Below the pieces are notes generated by a model. It saw only the letters and a list, made by a program, of their open reading frames with translations. It made no database searches and was not told the DNA's origin. This document shows, one piece after another, positions 8,148 to 17,373 of a stretch of 64,000 nucleotides of DNA (position 1 is the stretch's first letter; the number at the start of each line of letters is the position of its first letter). This DNA is from Clostridia bacterium (GTDB lineage Bacteria > Bacillota > Clostridia > Oscillospirales > CAG-272): the NCBI GenBank assembly GCA_017502975.1, contig JAFVTV010000015.1, forward strand, positions 6,473-70,472, given 5' to 3'. A program made the translations under genes and the position numbers.

Positions 8148-8174
8148 TAAGCTAAGGAATAAAAGGAGAGCGAT

Positions 8175-9269
8175 ATGTCAGAGAAAAAATGGGTAAAATA
8201 TGCCGCAATTACCGTAACGGTTGCGGGAGTGCTTCTTGCGCTATATTTATTTTTCGATTTTTTGCTTGGGATACTTCTGCCATTTTTGATCGCTTTTTTG
8301 CTTGCGGCGGTCACGCATCCCGCAGCAAAGCGCTTTGCTGCCCGTACGAGGATTCCGCAAAAGGCGGTTGCCGCGGTGTTTACGCTTTGTGCACTTGGCT
8401 TGTTTGCTACATTAATTTATTTGCTGTTCAGCCGTGCTTTACTGGAGCTTCAAAACTTCATCGGACATCTTATAGAGGAGCAGGGAGCGCTGCAAGAAAA
8501 GATTTCACGGGTTTTTGATCTGTTTCGCTCCTTCTTTTCGCACTTGCCTATCGAGCTTTCGGGTGCGTTTGCTTGGTTTGAGTATTTTATTGAGGATCCG
8601 CAAACTTTTTTTGCCGAGCAAATGCGAGGCTGGCTTTCCCGTATTTCGGAGGGGATTCCCGTGCTTGTTATGCGCTTTGTGAGGGCACTTCCTGCGGCAC
8701 TGCTGTTTTTGCTTGTCACGCTGATTGCCTGCTTTTACTTTTCTGTAGAATATGAAACGGTTACAGTAAGCCTCAAGAGGCTTTTGCCGCAAAAATGGCA
8801 GGAGCATGTGCCGCAGCTTTCGGCGAAGGCACGCGCAGCGGCAGGGCAATATCTGCGCGCCTATTGTCTGCTGTTTCTGATCACCTTTGGTGAGCTTTTT
8901 CTCGGGTTTCTTATTCTGCGCGTAAACTATGTGTTTTTGCTCGCCATGCTAGTTGCGCTTCTTGATTTTTTGCCGATCTTTGGCGTTGGCACCGTGCTTT
9001 TACCTTGGGGAGTTTTTTCCATTCTCACAGGCAACGCCTTTCTTGGCATAGGGCTTGTTGTGCTTTATGCCATCATTACAGTGATCAGGCAGGTGATCGA
9101 GCCTCACATCGTTGGAAAAAGCCTTGGTTTACACCCGATCTTGATGCTGGTTGCTCTTTATGCAGGGCTTAAGATCTTTGGAATTATCGGTGTGTTTGCA
9201 GGACCCGCCCTTGCTCTTATGGCAAAGGTCTTATTAACACGTGAGAAAGCCGACGAGGTGGGCAAGTGA
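8175..9269 (+). CDS. ytvI: AI-2E/PerM-family permease, sporulation integral membrane protein YtvI-like
   Basis: 364 aa with about 8 TM helices. The N-terminus and the C-terminal IEPHIVGKSLGLHPILMLVALYAGLKIFGIIG are typical of the YtvI/AI-2E family. AAGGAGAG lies before the ATG. Confidence 0.8.
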   Translation: MSEKKWVKYAAITVTVAGVLLALYLFFDFLLGILLPFLIAFLLAAVTHPAAKRFAARTRIPQKAVAAVFTLCALGLFATLIYLLFSRALLELQNFIGHLIEEQGALQEKISRVFDLFRSFFSHLPIELSGAFAWFEYFIEDPQTFFAEQMRGWLSRISEGIPVLVMRFVRALPAALLFLLVTLIACFYFSVEYETVTVSLKRLLPQKWQEHVPQLSAKARAAAGQYLRAYCLLFLITFGELFLGFLILRVNYVFLLAMLVALLDFLPIFGVGTVLLPWGVFSILTGNAFLGIGLVVLYAIITVIRQVIEPHIVGKSLGLHPILMLVALYAGLKIFGIIGVFAGPALALMAKVLLTREKADEVGK

Positions 9270-9329
9270 TACAGGTACTGTGTTGAAAAATAGGAAGAAG
9301 CAAAAGGATCATAATTATGAATTGCCAAG

Positions 9330-9357
9330 GGAGCTTTGTATAAAAGCTCCTTTTTTT
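9330..9357 (+). terminator. rho-independent terminator after ytvI
   Basis: GGAGCTTT-GTATA-AAAGCTCC followed by TTTTTTT. Confidence 0.8.
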
Positions 9358-9428
9358 ATGGTTTTGTGATGAAAAAGAAAATATTTGCACTCTGTACCTT
9401 AAAAATGCAAAAAAAATTATTAAAATCC

Positions 9429-9457
9429 TTGACAAAAGGTAAAAATAATGGTATATT
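9429..9457 (+). promoter_or_regulatory. sigma-A promoter of the hrcA-dnaK operon
   Basis: TTGACA (9429-9434), 17 nt, TATATT (9452-9457), immediately followed by CIRCE. Confidence 0.75.
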
Positions 9458-9469
9458 TTTTATTGTGAG

Positions 9470-9496
9470 TTAGCACTAAACGAGCAAGAGTGCTAA
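9470..9496 (+). promoter_or_regulatory. CIRCE operator (HrcA binding site)
   Basis: TTAGCACTA-N9-GAGTGCTAA, against the consensus TTAGCACTC-N9-GAGTGCTAA. It lies between the -10 and the hrcA start. Confidence 0.92.
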
Positions 9497-9518
9497 AAAT
9501 TTGAGAGGGAGGTATGAT

Positions 9519-10589
9519 ATGTCTGCAGGTAGCAATGAGTTAAGCGATCGTAAAAAGTTGATTTTAAAGGCTATTGTAGAAGCACATATTCGGGGTGGAG
9601 AGCCTGTTGGATCAAAATACATTACCGAAAGCAAGCAGCTGTCCTGCTCCTCTGCAACCATACGCAATGAGATGGCAGAGCTTGAGAGCCTTGGTTATCT
9701 CGAGCAGCCTCACACCTCGGCAGGGCGCGTGCCAAGCAAGCAGGGCTATAGATTATATGTAGATACCTTGCTTGAGGAATATGCGATGACTGCCAAGGAG
9801 ATCGCACAGATCAATCAGCTGATGAAGATCAAAATGTCTGAGCTTGATCAAATTCTTGATAAGGCATCCAAGGTGGCGTCGGTTTTGACCAATTATACGG
9901 GTTTTGCCATAAAGCCGCGTGCCCATGCCGTTACGGTTACCAAATATGAAACGGCGCTCATTGATGCGCATAGCTTTATTCTTATCGTGGTTGCTTCAAA
10001 CGGCGCGGTCAAGACCAGAAACGTGTTGCTGGATACCGAGATCGATGAGCATGTGCTTGCACGGCTTACTGCCGCGCTTAATGAGCTTGTGGTGGGGCTT
10101 GATGCCGAGCAGATCTCGCTTTCCGTCATGATCTCGCTTGAAAACCGACTTTCGGGTGACAGCGTGCTGGTAAATGCTGTAATGAAAAGCATTTATGAAA
10201 TGTTAAGTGAGCTTGATAGCGGTGAACTCAAGGTTAGCGGACTTGACAGGCTCTTGCAATACCCCGAATTTTCCGATGCACAAAACCTTGGCGAGCTGCT
10301 GGGTGCCTTTGAGCGCAAGGATGATATTCTCGATCTGATCTCCGAGATCGACGGCGAGGATGTCAATGTGGTGATCGGCAAGGAAAGCTCGGTAAAGGTA
10401 ATTAACAATTCCACGCTCGTTTTCAAGCCGATCCGCAGCAATGGCAGAACGGTTGGTGCGATCGGCGTGATCGGGCCATTGCGCATGGATTATGCACGCG
10501 TGCTTGCTACGCTTGATAATCTTGGCGGTAACATCTCGCATTTGCTAAACGAGCCAAAACAATTACCCAAAGGAGATAAAAATGACTGA
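9519..10589 (+). CDS. hrcA: heat-inducible transcription repressor HrcA
   Basis: LSDRKKLILKAIVEAHIRGGEPVGSKYI...SSATIRNEMAELESLGYLEQPHTSAGRVPS. The ATG at 9519 is preferred because GAGGGAGG lies upstream. It is the first gene of the dnaK operon. Confidence 0.93.
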   Translation: MSAGSNELSDRKKLILKAIVEAHIRGGEPVGSKYITESKQLSCSSATIRNEMAELESLGYLEQPHTSAGRVPSKQGYRLYVDTLLEEYAMTAKEIAQINQLMKIKMSELDQILDKASKVASVLTNYTGFAIKPRAHAVTVTKYETALIDAHSFILIVVASNGAVKTRNVLLDTEIDEHVLARLTAALNELVVGLDAEQISLSVMISLENRLSGDSVLVNAVMKSIYEMLSELDSGELKVSGLDRLLQYPEFSDAQNLGELLGAFERKDDILDLISEIDGEDVNVVIGKESSVKVINNSTLVFKPIRSNGRTVGAIGVIGPLRMDYARVLATLDNLGGNISHLLNEPKQLPKGDKND

Positions 10590-11160
10590 AGAATTGAAGC
10601 ATGAAGAAATCATCGATCCCATTGAGGATACGGTGGTAGAGGAAGAGGCAGCCGAGGAGGCAATACCGGAGAAGGGTGCAAAGAAAAAGATGCGTGCGCT
10701 TGAGGCAGCGCTTCTTGAAAAGGAAAAGGAAGTAAAAAAGCTTTCCGATGACTTGGCTTCTCTCAACGATACCTATCTTCGTCTTGCGGCGGAGTATGAT
10801 AATTTCCGCCGTCGCACCGCCAAGGAGCGCGAGGGGATTTATACAGATGCCTTTGGTGAGGCGCTGAATGTACTTTTCCCTGTAGTGGATAATCTTGAGC
10901 GTGCCGCACAGTACAGCGACGGAGAAAATGTTGCCAAGGGTGTTGAGCTTACGCTAAAGAGTGTACGCGATACCTTCACCAAGCTTGGGGTCACGGAGAT
11001 AGATCCCGTGGGTGAGGTATTTGACCCGAATTTCCATAATGCCGTCATGCATGTAGAGGATGATACGGTAGGGGAGAGCGTTGTGGTAGAGGTCCTGCAA
11101 AAGGGCTATTGCCGCGGTGATCGTGTGCTCCGTTACGCAATGGTAAAGGTAGCAAACTGA
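10582..11160 (+). CDS. grpE: nucleotide exchange factor GrpE
   Basis: LRLAAEYDNFRRRTAKERE...VDNLERA...HNAVMHVE...VLQKGY are typical GrpE motifs. It overlaps the hrcA stop by 8 nt. Confidence 0.93.
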   Translation: MTEELKHEEIIDPIEDTVVEEEAAEEAIPEKGAKKKMRALEAALLEKEKEVKKLSDDLASLNDTYLRLAAEYDNFRRRTAKEREGIYTDAFGEALNVLFPVVDNLERAAQYSDGENVAKGVELTLKSVRDTFTKLGVTEIDPVGEVFDPNFHNAVMHVEDDTVGESVVVEVLQKGYCRGDRVLRYAMVKVAN

Positions 11161-11220
11161 TTTGAAAACAAAAATATAAACCTATAAATAAAACTATTAT
11201 TTTCTTGGAGGAATACAATC

Positions 11221-13050
11221 ATGGGAAAAATTATTGGTATCGATCTTGGTACAACCAATTCGTGTGTAGCAGTTTTTGAGGGTGGAGAGCCTAAGGTTAT
11301 CCCCAATCCCGAGGGTGCGAGAACCACACCCTCTGTTGTGGCGTTCTCAAAATCGGGTGAGCGTATGGTAGGTCAGGTGGCAAAGCGTCAGAGCATCACC
11401 AACCCCGACCGTACCGTTAGTTCTATCAAGCGTGAAATGGGCTCTAGTTATAAGGTAAAGATTGAAGATAAGCAGTACACACCTCAGGAGATCTCCGCAA
11501 TGGTGCTGCAAAAGCTGAAGGCAGATGCTGAGGCGTTTCTTGGCGAGCCTGTAACCGAGGCGGTTATTACCGTTCCCGCTTACTTTAAGGATGCACAGCG
11601 CCAGGCAACCAAGGATGCAGGTAAAATTGCAGGCCTTGATGTAAAGCGTATCATCAACGAGCCCACCGCCGCAGCCCTTGCATACGGCATGGATAAGGAA
11701 AACGACCAAACCATTATGGTATTTGATCTTGGTGGCGGTACGTTTGACGTTTCCATTCTCGAGATCTCCGACGGCGTGTTTGAGGTGCTTGCGACCGCAG
11801 GCGATAACCGCCTTGGCGGCGATGATTTCGACCAGCGCGTGATCGACTGGATGGCAGAGCAGTTCCTGCGTGAGAACGGTGTGGATCTGCGTCAGGATAA
11901 AATGGTGCTTCAGCGCCTGAAGGATGCGGCAGAGAAGGCAAAGATCGAGCTTTCCGGCATGACCTCCTCTAACATCAATCTGCCCTTCATCACCGCAACT
12001 GCGGCAGGCCCGCTTCACTTTGAGGCTACGCTTACGCGTGCCGAGTTTGACCGCCTGACTGCCGATCTTGTAGACCGTTGCATGGTGCCCACCCGCAAGG
12101 CGCTTACAGATGCAGGCAAGTCTGTTTCCGAGATCCACAAGGTGCTTCTCGTAGGCGGCTCTACCCGTATCCCCGCCGTGCAGGAGGCAGTTAAGAAATT
12201 TACGGGCAAGGAGCCCTTTAAGGGCATTAACCCCGACGAATGCGTAGCGGTTGGTGCCGCTATTCAGGGCGGTGTGCTTGGCGGTGACGTAAAGGATCTT
12301 CTCCTTCTTGACGTTACGCCCCTCTCCCTTGGTATTGAAACGCTTGGCGGCGTATTTAACCGCATCATTGACCGCAACACCACCATTCCCGTAAAAAAGA
12401 GCCAGATCTATTCTACCGCTGCAGACGGTCAGACCTCGGTTGAGATCCACGTGTTGCAGGGCGAGCGCGAAATGGCCGCCGGTAACACCACGCTCGGTCG
12501 CTTTACGCTTGACGGCATTCCCGCAGCACCCCGCGGTGTGCCCCAGATCGAGGTAACCTTTGATATCGATGCAAACGGCATTGTAAACGTATCCGCAATG
12601 GATAAGGGCACAGGCAAGGAAACCAATATTACAATTACTTCCTCTACCAATATGTCCCAAGAGGATATCGACCGTGCCGTAAAGGATGCAGAGCGCTTTG
12701 CCGAGGAGGATAAGAAACAAAAAGAGGCTGTGGATACCAAAAACCATGCTGAAACACTGATCTTCCAGAGCGAGAAGACCCTCACCGAGATCGGCGATAA
12801 GGTTTCTGAGGAGGAAAAGGCAGAGGTAAAGAGTGCTATTGAGAAGCTGCGCACTACCGTGGCAGGCGGCGATACCGCTGCAATCAAGGCAGATACCGAG
12901 GCACTGGAAAAGGCATTCTACGCACTCTCCGAGAAGCTCTATAAGCAGCAGGGCGCGGCAGGTGCCGACATGGGCGGTGCCGATGCAGGCGCTGCAGGCG
13001 CTGAGGGCGGCTTCTATAATGCTGATTTTGAGGATAAGAGCGGCAATTGA
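11221..13050 (+). CDS. dnaK: molecular chaperone DnaK (Hsp70)
   Basis: [44 protein letters not shown]: the Hsp70 signatures. Confidence 0.98.
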   Translation: MGKIIGIDLGTTNSCVAVFEGGEPKVIPNPEGARTTPSVVAFSKSGERMVGQVAKRQSITNPDRTVSSIKREMGSSYKVKIEDKQYTPQEISAMVLQKLKADAEAFLGEPVTEAVITVPAYFKDAQRQATKDAGKIAGLDVKRIINEPTAAALAYGMDKENDQTIMVFDLGGGTFDVSILEISDGVFEVLATAGDNRLGGDDFDQRVIDWMAEQFLRENGVDLRQDKMVLQRLKDAAEKAKIELSGMTSSNINLPFITATAAGPLHFEATLTRAEFDRLTADLVDRCMVPTRKALTDAGKSVSEIHKVLLVGGSTRIPAVQEAVKKFTGKEPFKGINPDECVAVGAAIQGGVLGGDVKDLLLLDVTPLSLGIETLGGVFNRIIDRNTTIPVKKSQIYSTAADGQTSVEIHVLQGEREMAAGNTTLGRFTLDGIPAAPRGVPQIEVTFDIDANGIVNVSAMDKGTGKETNITITSSTNMSQEDIDRAVKDAERFAEEDKKQKEAVDTKNHAETLIFQSEKTLTEIGDKVSEEEKAEVKSAIEKLRTTVAGGDTAAIKADTEALEKAFYALSEKLYKQQGAAGADMGGADAGAAGAEGGFYNADFEDKSGN

Positions 13051-13079
13051 TCGTTCTTATTTGAAAGTAAGAGAGAATT

Positions 13080-14225
13080 ATGGCAGATAAACGCGACTAT
13101 TATGAGGTTTTGGGTGTAGACAAGGGGGCGGATGAAACCGCTATCAAAAAGGCGTATCGCTCCCTTGCGAAAAAATATCACCCTGATATGAACCCCGGTG
13201 ACAAGGAAGCGGAGGTCAAATTCAAGGAAGTAAACGAGGCATACGACGTATTGTCTGATGCCGATAAGCGTGCCAAGTACGATCAGTTTGGGCATGCGGC
13301 ATTCGATCCCGCCGCCGGTGGAGCCGGCGGGGGATTTGGCGGCTTTGGTGACTTCGGCGATATCTTCAGCAGCTTTTTCGGCGGGGGATTTGGTGGCTTT
13401 GGGGGCGGCTCGCAGCAGCGAAACGGTCCGGTGCGCGGTGACGACATCGGTGCGCGCGTTTCGGTTACCTTTGAGGAAGCTGCCTTTGGCGTGAAAAAGG
13501 AGATCAATTATAACCGTGTGTGCCGCTGTCCCGATTGCTCGGGTAGCGGTGCCGCAAAGGGCACGACTGCCGAAACCTGCGGCAAATGCCGCGGCTCCGG
13601 GCAGATGCGTGTGATGCAGCGCCTCGGTGGCATGCAGTTCCAAAGCACAACCACGTGCGACAGCTGTCGCGGCAAGGGTAAGATCATCAAAAATCCCTGT
13701 AACAATTGCCGTGGCACGGGCTTTATTCGCATTAGTAAAAAGCTTGAGGTGTCGATCCCCGCGGGTATTGACGACGGCGAGCGTATTGCACTGCGCGGTC
13801 AGGGCAATGACGGTCGAAACGGCGGTAGCGCGGGAGATCTGATCCTGCAGGTTACCGTTAAGCCACATCCTATTTTTGAGCGTGAAGGCTACAATATTTA
13901 CTGCGAGGTACCGCTCCCCGTCACTGATGCCGTTCTTGGCGCCGAGATCGAGATCCCTACGCTTGAGGGGAACACCAAGTACACCATTCCCGAGGGTACG
14001 CAGCCCGGCACTGCCTTTACCGTTAAGGGGCAGGGCATTCCCTTTATCAATAACAAGCAGCGCCGCGGCGATCTTGTTTTCCAAGTTAACGTGGAGATCC
14101 CGCATGGCTTGAATGATAAGCAAAAGGAGCAGGTGCGCGCTTTTGCCAAGGGGTGCAGTGAAAGCAACTACGGTAAAAAATCGGGCTTTTTCAAGCGTAT
14201 TTTTGAAAAACTGAACCGTTCCTGA
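13080..14225 (+). CDS. dnaJ: molecular chaperone DnaJ
   Basis: J domain (DYYEVLGV...YHPDMNPGD), a G/F-rich region, and four CxxCxGxG zinc-finger repeats. Confidence 0.97.
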   Translation: MADKRDYYEVLGVDKGADETAIKKAYRSLAKKYHPDMNPGDKEAEVKFKEVNEAYDVLSDADKRAKYDQFGHAAFDPAAGGAGGGFGGFGDFGDIFSSFFGGGFGGFGGGSQQRNGPVRGDDIGARVSVTFEEAAFGVKKEINYNRVCRCPDCSGSGAAKGTTAETCGKCRGSGQMRVMQRLGGMQFQSTTTCDSCRGKGKIIKNPCNNCRGTGFIRISKKLEVSIPAGIDDGERIALRGQGNDGRNGGSAGDLILQVTVKPHPIFEREGYNIYCEVPLPVTDAVLGAEIEIPTLEGNTKYTIPEGTQPGTAFTVKGQGIPFINNKQRRGDLVFQVNVEIPHGLNDKQKEQVRAFAKGCSESNYGKKSGFFKRIFEKLNRS

Positions 14226-14234
14226 GGAATAACT

Positions 14235-15161
14235 ATGGAATATTGCAAGGATTGGTCACAACTTAAGGTGACCGTAAAATTGGAGCATCTTGATACGCTT
14301 GTTGCCATCATGAGCATGCTCAACAACAATTTGATGATCGAGGATTTCAGCGATATTGATCTTAAGACCTGCTATGGCGATCTGATCGATGAAAGCATTT
14401 TGAATGCAGATAAGACCGTTGCGGCTGTTTCGATCTTTTTGCCGGCGGACAGGCCCTTTACCGATGCTGTTGCCTTTGTGCGCGAGCGCATGGGGGAAAG
14501 CGGCTTTGAGGGTAAGATCGAGATCATCGGCGTTTCGGAGGAGGATTGGGCTAACTCCTGGAAGGCATACTATAAGCCCCTTCATATCGGTAAAAAAATG
14601 GTCATCGTGCCCGCATGGGAAAAATACGAGGAGCAGCCGGGAGAGATCATTGTACGCATGGATCCCGGCATGGCTTTCGGCACGGGTACGCACGAAACCA
14701 CACGCCTTGTTATCGAGTTGCTTGAAACCTATACAAAAAAGGGCTCGCGTGTGCTTGATGTTGGGTGCGGAAGTGGCATTCTTGCCATTTGTGCCGCCAA
14801 GCTCGGTGCTGCGGAATGTAAGGCGTACGATATTGACCCTGTTGCGGTACGTGTTGCGCGCGAAAACATCAAGGATAGCGGCGAGGCAAATGTTACATGT
14901 GATGTTTCCGATCTCTTGAAGCAGGTGGATCTTACAGGCGGTAAATACGATCTTGTGTGTGCCAATATCGTGGCGGATATTATCATTCGCATGGCGCCCG
15001 ATGTTGGAAAATACATGAAGGATGATGCGGTTTTGCTTGCATCGGGCATCATCACAGAGCGCGCCGAGGAGGTCATAGATGCCTTGCTTGCACAGGGGCT
15101 TCGCGTGACCGAACGACTTGATGACAATGGCTGGTGTGCCTTGGTCGTTCAAAAAGCATAA
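14235..15161 (+). CDS. prmA: ribosomal protein L11 methyltransferase
   Basis: DPGMAFGTGTHETTRL...VLDVGCGSGILAI. It follows dnaJ as in Bacillus (yqeT). Confidence 0.92.
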   Translation: MEYCKDWSQLKVTVKLEHLDTLVAIMSMLNNNLMIEDFSDIDLKTCYGDLIDESILNADKTVAAVSIFLPADRPFTDAVAFVRERMGESGFEGKIEIIGVSEEDWANSWKAYYKPLHIGKKMVIVPAWEKYEEQPGEIIVRMDPGMAFGTGTHETTRLVIELLETYTKKGSRVLDVGCGSGILAICAAKLGAAECKAYDIDPVAVRVARENIKDSGEANVTCDVSDLLKQVDLTGGKYDLVCANIVADIIIRMAPDVGKYMKDDAVLLASGIITERAEEVIDALLAQGLRVTERLDDNGWCALVVQKA

Positions 15162-15183
15162 CTTGGAAATTGTTAATTTATTT

Positions 15184-15223
15184 ACAAAACGGACATCTTT
15201 AGGTGCCCGTTTTGTCATTTTTG
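15184..15223 (+). terminator. rho-independent terminator after prmA
   Basis: ACAAAACGG-N14-CCGTTTTGT followed by CATTTTT. Confidence 0.65.
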
Positions 15224-15256
15224 TGCGAAAAGTGGTAAATAATCACAAAACAGCCA

Positions 15257-15285
15257 TTGACAAATTGTTCAATTTGCGTTATAAT
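15257..15285 (+). promoter_or_regulatory. consensus sigma-A promoter for rsmE
   Basis: TTGACA (15257-15262), 17 nt, TATAAT (15280-15285). Confidence 0.7.
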
Positions 15286-15315
15286 AAGTAAAACACCATT
15301 GTGGAGGTTGACGAG

Positions 15316-16059
15316 GTGCCGCGTTTCTTTGTTACAAGTGATCAGATACAGGACGGGCATATTACCGTCAGTGGCGATGATGCACATCATATCTCCCGCG
15401 CCCTTCGCATGGCGGTGGGTGAGCACATCACGGTCTGTGACAGTGCCGCTAACGAATACGAGTGTATCCTCACCGAGTTTTTGCCCGACTATGTGCGGTG
15501 CGAGATCTTAACGGTCAAAAAGCAGGAAACCGAGCCACCCTGCAAAATCACGCTTTATCAGGCGCTTCCAAAAGGGGACAAACTTGATTTGGTGATACAA
15601 AAATCGGTAGAGTGCGGTGCTTCTCTCATTGTTCCGTTTGAAAGCGCGCGCTGCATCGTGCGTGCCAAGCCTGAGGCAGAACAAAAAAAGCGTGAGCGCC
15701 GCTTGCGCATCGCGCAGGAGGCGGCAAAGCAATGCGGCAGGGGCGTGCTGCCCGAGGTCAAGGCAACGGTCGGATTTGAGGAAATGCTTTCAATGGCAAA
15801 AAAAGCGGATCTGGTGCTGTTTTGCTTTGAGGGCGAGGGAACTGTGCCCATTTCCCGTATCTTATCCGAAAGCAAGTTGCAGGCAGGGCAGGAAATCGCG
15901 CTGATCATTGGCAGTGAAGGGGGCTTTTCGCTAGCGGAGGCACAGCAGGCACGTGCGGCAGGCTTTCGCATGACGGGGCTTGGTAAACGTATTTTGCGTG
16001 CCGAAACCGCCCCGATATTTGCACTTGCCTGCGTGAGTGCCGCACTTGAATTACAGTAA
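15316..16059 (+). CDS. rsmE: 16S rRNA (uracil1498-N3)-methyltransferase
   Basis: MPRFFV...GDDAHHISRALRM, and the C-terminal SEGGFS..E......G......LG.RILRAETA motif. GTG at 15316 lies 8 nt after GGAGG; the ORF is open from 15301. Confidence 0.88.
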   Translation: MPRFFVTSDQIQDGHITVSGDDAHHISRALRMAVGEHITVCDSAANEYECILTEFLPDYVRCEILTVKKQETEPPCKITLYQALPKGDKLDLVIQKSVECGASLIVPFESARCIVRAKPEAEQKKRERRLRIAQEAAKQCGRGVLPEVKATVGFEEMLSMAKKADLVLFCFEGEGTVPISRILSESKLQAGQEIALIIGSEGGFSLAEAQQARAAGFRMTGLGKRILRAETAPIFALACVSAALELQ

Positions 16060-16115
16060 GCATAAAAAATTAACAAATTAAACGTGTTTTTTTTGTGAAA
16101 AATGGTAACAACCTA

Positions 16116-16144
16116 TTGCAAAATCACAAAAAATCGTGTAGAAT
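16116..16144 (+). promoter_or_regulatory. sigma-A type promoter
   Basis: TTGCAA (16116-16121), 17 nt, TAGAAT (16139-16144). Confidence 0.5.
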
Positions 16145-16191
16145 ATACCTATTCTGCATATTTTATATACAAAGAAGGATGAGGTAGTAGT

Positions 16192-17277
16192 ATGTCTAAC
16201 AGATTGTTTCAAGGCGTAATTCATCAAATGAAGGATGCGATTGACCGTGTGATCGGCGTCATAGACGAAAATGGGGTCATTATTGCCTGCTCTGAGCTTG
16301 TAAAGATTGGTGAGATCAAGCAGGGCATTCGTGATGAGCTTGCCTACGCATCGGAGGAGGTCGTGACCGGTGGCTATACCTACCGTCCTATTGTCAGCAA
16401 TGCCAGAGCCGATCATATCGTGTTTGTTGAGGGCGAGGATAAAATGGCTGAGAAGATGTGTAAGATGCTTACCATTGCACTCGGCAATATCAAAAACCTT
16501 TACGATGAGAAATACGATAAGGGCTCCTTTATCAAAAATATCATCCTCGATAACATTCTGCCAAGCGATATTTACATCAAGAGCAAGGAATTGCATTTCA
16601 ACACCGATGAGGCACGCATCGTATTCCTCATTAAGTTCTTTGGCAAAACCGATATGCTCCCCTTTGAAATGCTGCAAAACATGTTCCCTGATAAATCAAG
16701 AGATTATGTGATCAGCGTGGGTGAGCACGATATCGTGCTGGTTAAGGATATCAAGCACGGTACCGAAGCAAAGGAAATTGAAAAGATCGCTACCAACATC
16801 GCAGATACTCTTTCTACCGAATTTTATACCAAGGTGGCAATCGGTATTTCCACTGTGGTTGATAACATTAAGGATCTTGCCCGTGCATACAAGGAAGCGC
16901 AGGTTGCACTTGAGGTTGGTAAGGTGTTTGAAACCGAGAAGAACATCATCAATTATGAAAATCTCGGTATCGGTCGCCTTATTTATCAGCTTCCCACAAC
17001 GCTTTGTGAGATGTTTATGCAGGAGGTCTTCAAAAAGGAGAGCCTTGAATCTCTTGACCGTGAAACGCTCATGACCATTCAGAGCTTCTTTGAGAACAAT
17101 CTTAACGTTTCCGAAACCTCGCGCAAGCTTTTTGTGCATCGCAATACGCTGGTTTACCGTCTTGAAAAGATCCGTAAACTCACAGGCCTGGATCTTCGTG
17201 AATTTGAGCATGCCATTACCTTTAAGGTTGCCTTAATGGTAAAGAAATATCTTGATTCTAAGCCCGGTAAGTTTTAA
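16192..17277 (+). CDS. CdaR/PucR-family transcriptional regulator (sugar-diacid-recognition N-domain plus C-terminal HTH)
   Basis: The N-terminus IGVIDENGVIIACSE..KIGE is like the Diacid_rec domain. The C-terminus NLNVSETSRKLFVHRNTLVYRLEKIRKLTGLDLR is the PucR-type HTH. Confidence 0.8.
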   Translation: MSNRLFQGVIHQMKDAIDRVIGVIDENGVIIACSELVKIGEIKQGIRDELAYASEEVVTGGYTYRPIVSNARADHIVFVEGEDKMAEKMCKMLTIALGNIKNLYDEKYDKGSFIKNIILDNILPSDIYIKSKELHFNTDEARIVFLIKFFGKTDMLPFEMLQNMFPDKSRDYVISVGEHDIVLVKDIKHGTEAKEIEKIATNIADTLSTEFYTKVAIGISTVVDNIKDLARAYKEAQVALEVGKVFETEKNIINYENLGIGRLIYQLPTTLCEMFMQEVFKKESLESLDRETLMTIQSFFENNLNVSETSRKLFVHRNTLVYRLEKIRKLTGLDLREFEHAITFKVALMVKKYLDSKPGKF

Positions 17278-17286
17278 TTACATATA

Positions 17287-17324
17287 AAGTAAGCGGCAGG
17301 GCATTTGCTTTCCGCTTACTTTTG
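17287..17324 (+). terminator. rho-independent terminator
   Basis: AAGTAAGCGG-N15-CCGCTTACTT running into TTTTG. Confidence 0.7.
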
Positions 17325-17373
17325 ATTGTTTGACCCACTTATGCATGCTTCCCGGAAAGAAAAGAGGGAATGA

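Noticed and set aside
11347-12747. 466-aa minus-strand ORF antisense to dnaK
   Set aside because: dnaK on the plus strand is unambiguous. The antisense product has no motifs and arises from stop-codon depletion opposite a highly expressed, codon-biased gene.
13014-14123. 369-aa minus-strand ORF antisense to dnaJ
   Set aside because: Same reasoning: it mirrors the dnaJ G/F and zinc-finger regions and has no independent signals.
14256-15218. 320-aa minus-strand ORF antisense to prmA
   Set aside because: prmA is clearly coding on the plus strand. The antisense ORF crosses the prmA terminator and lacks an RBS.
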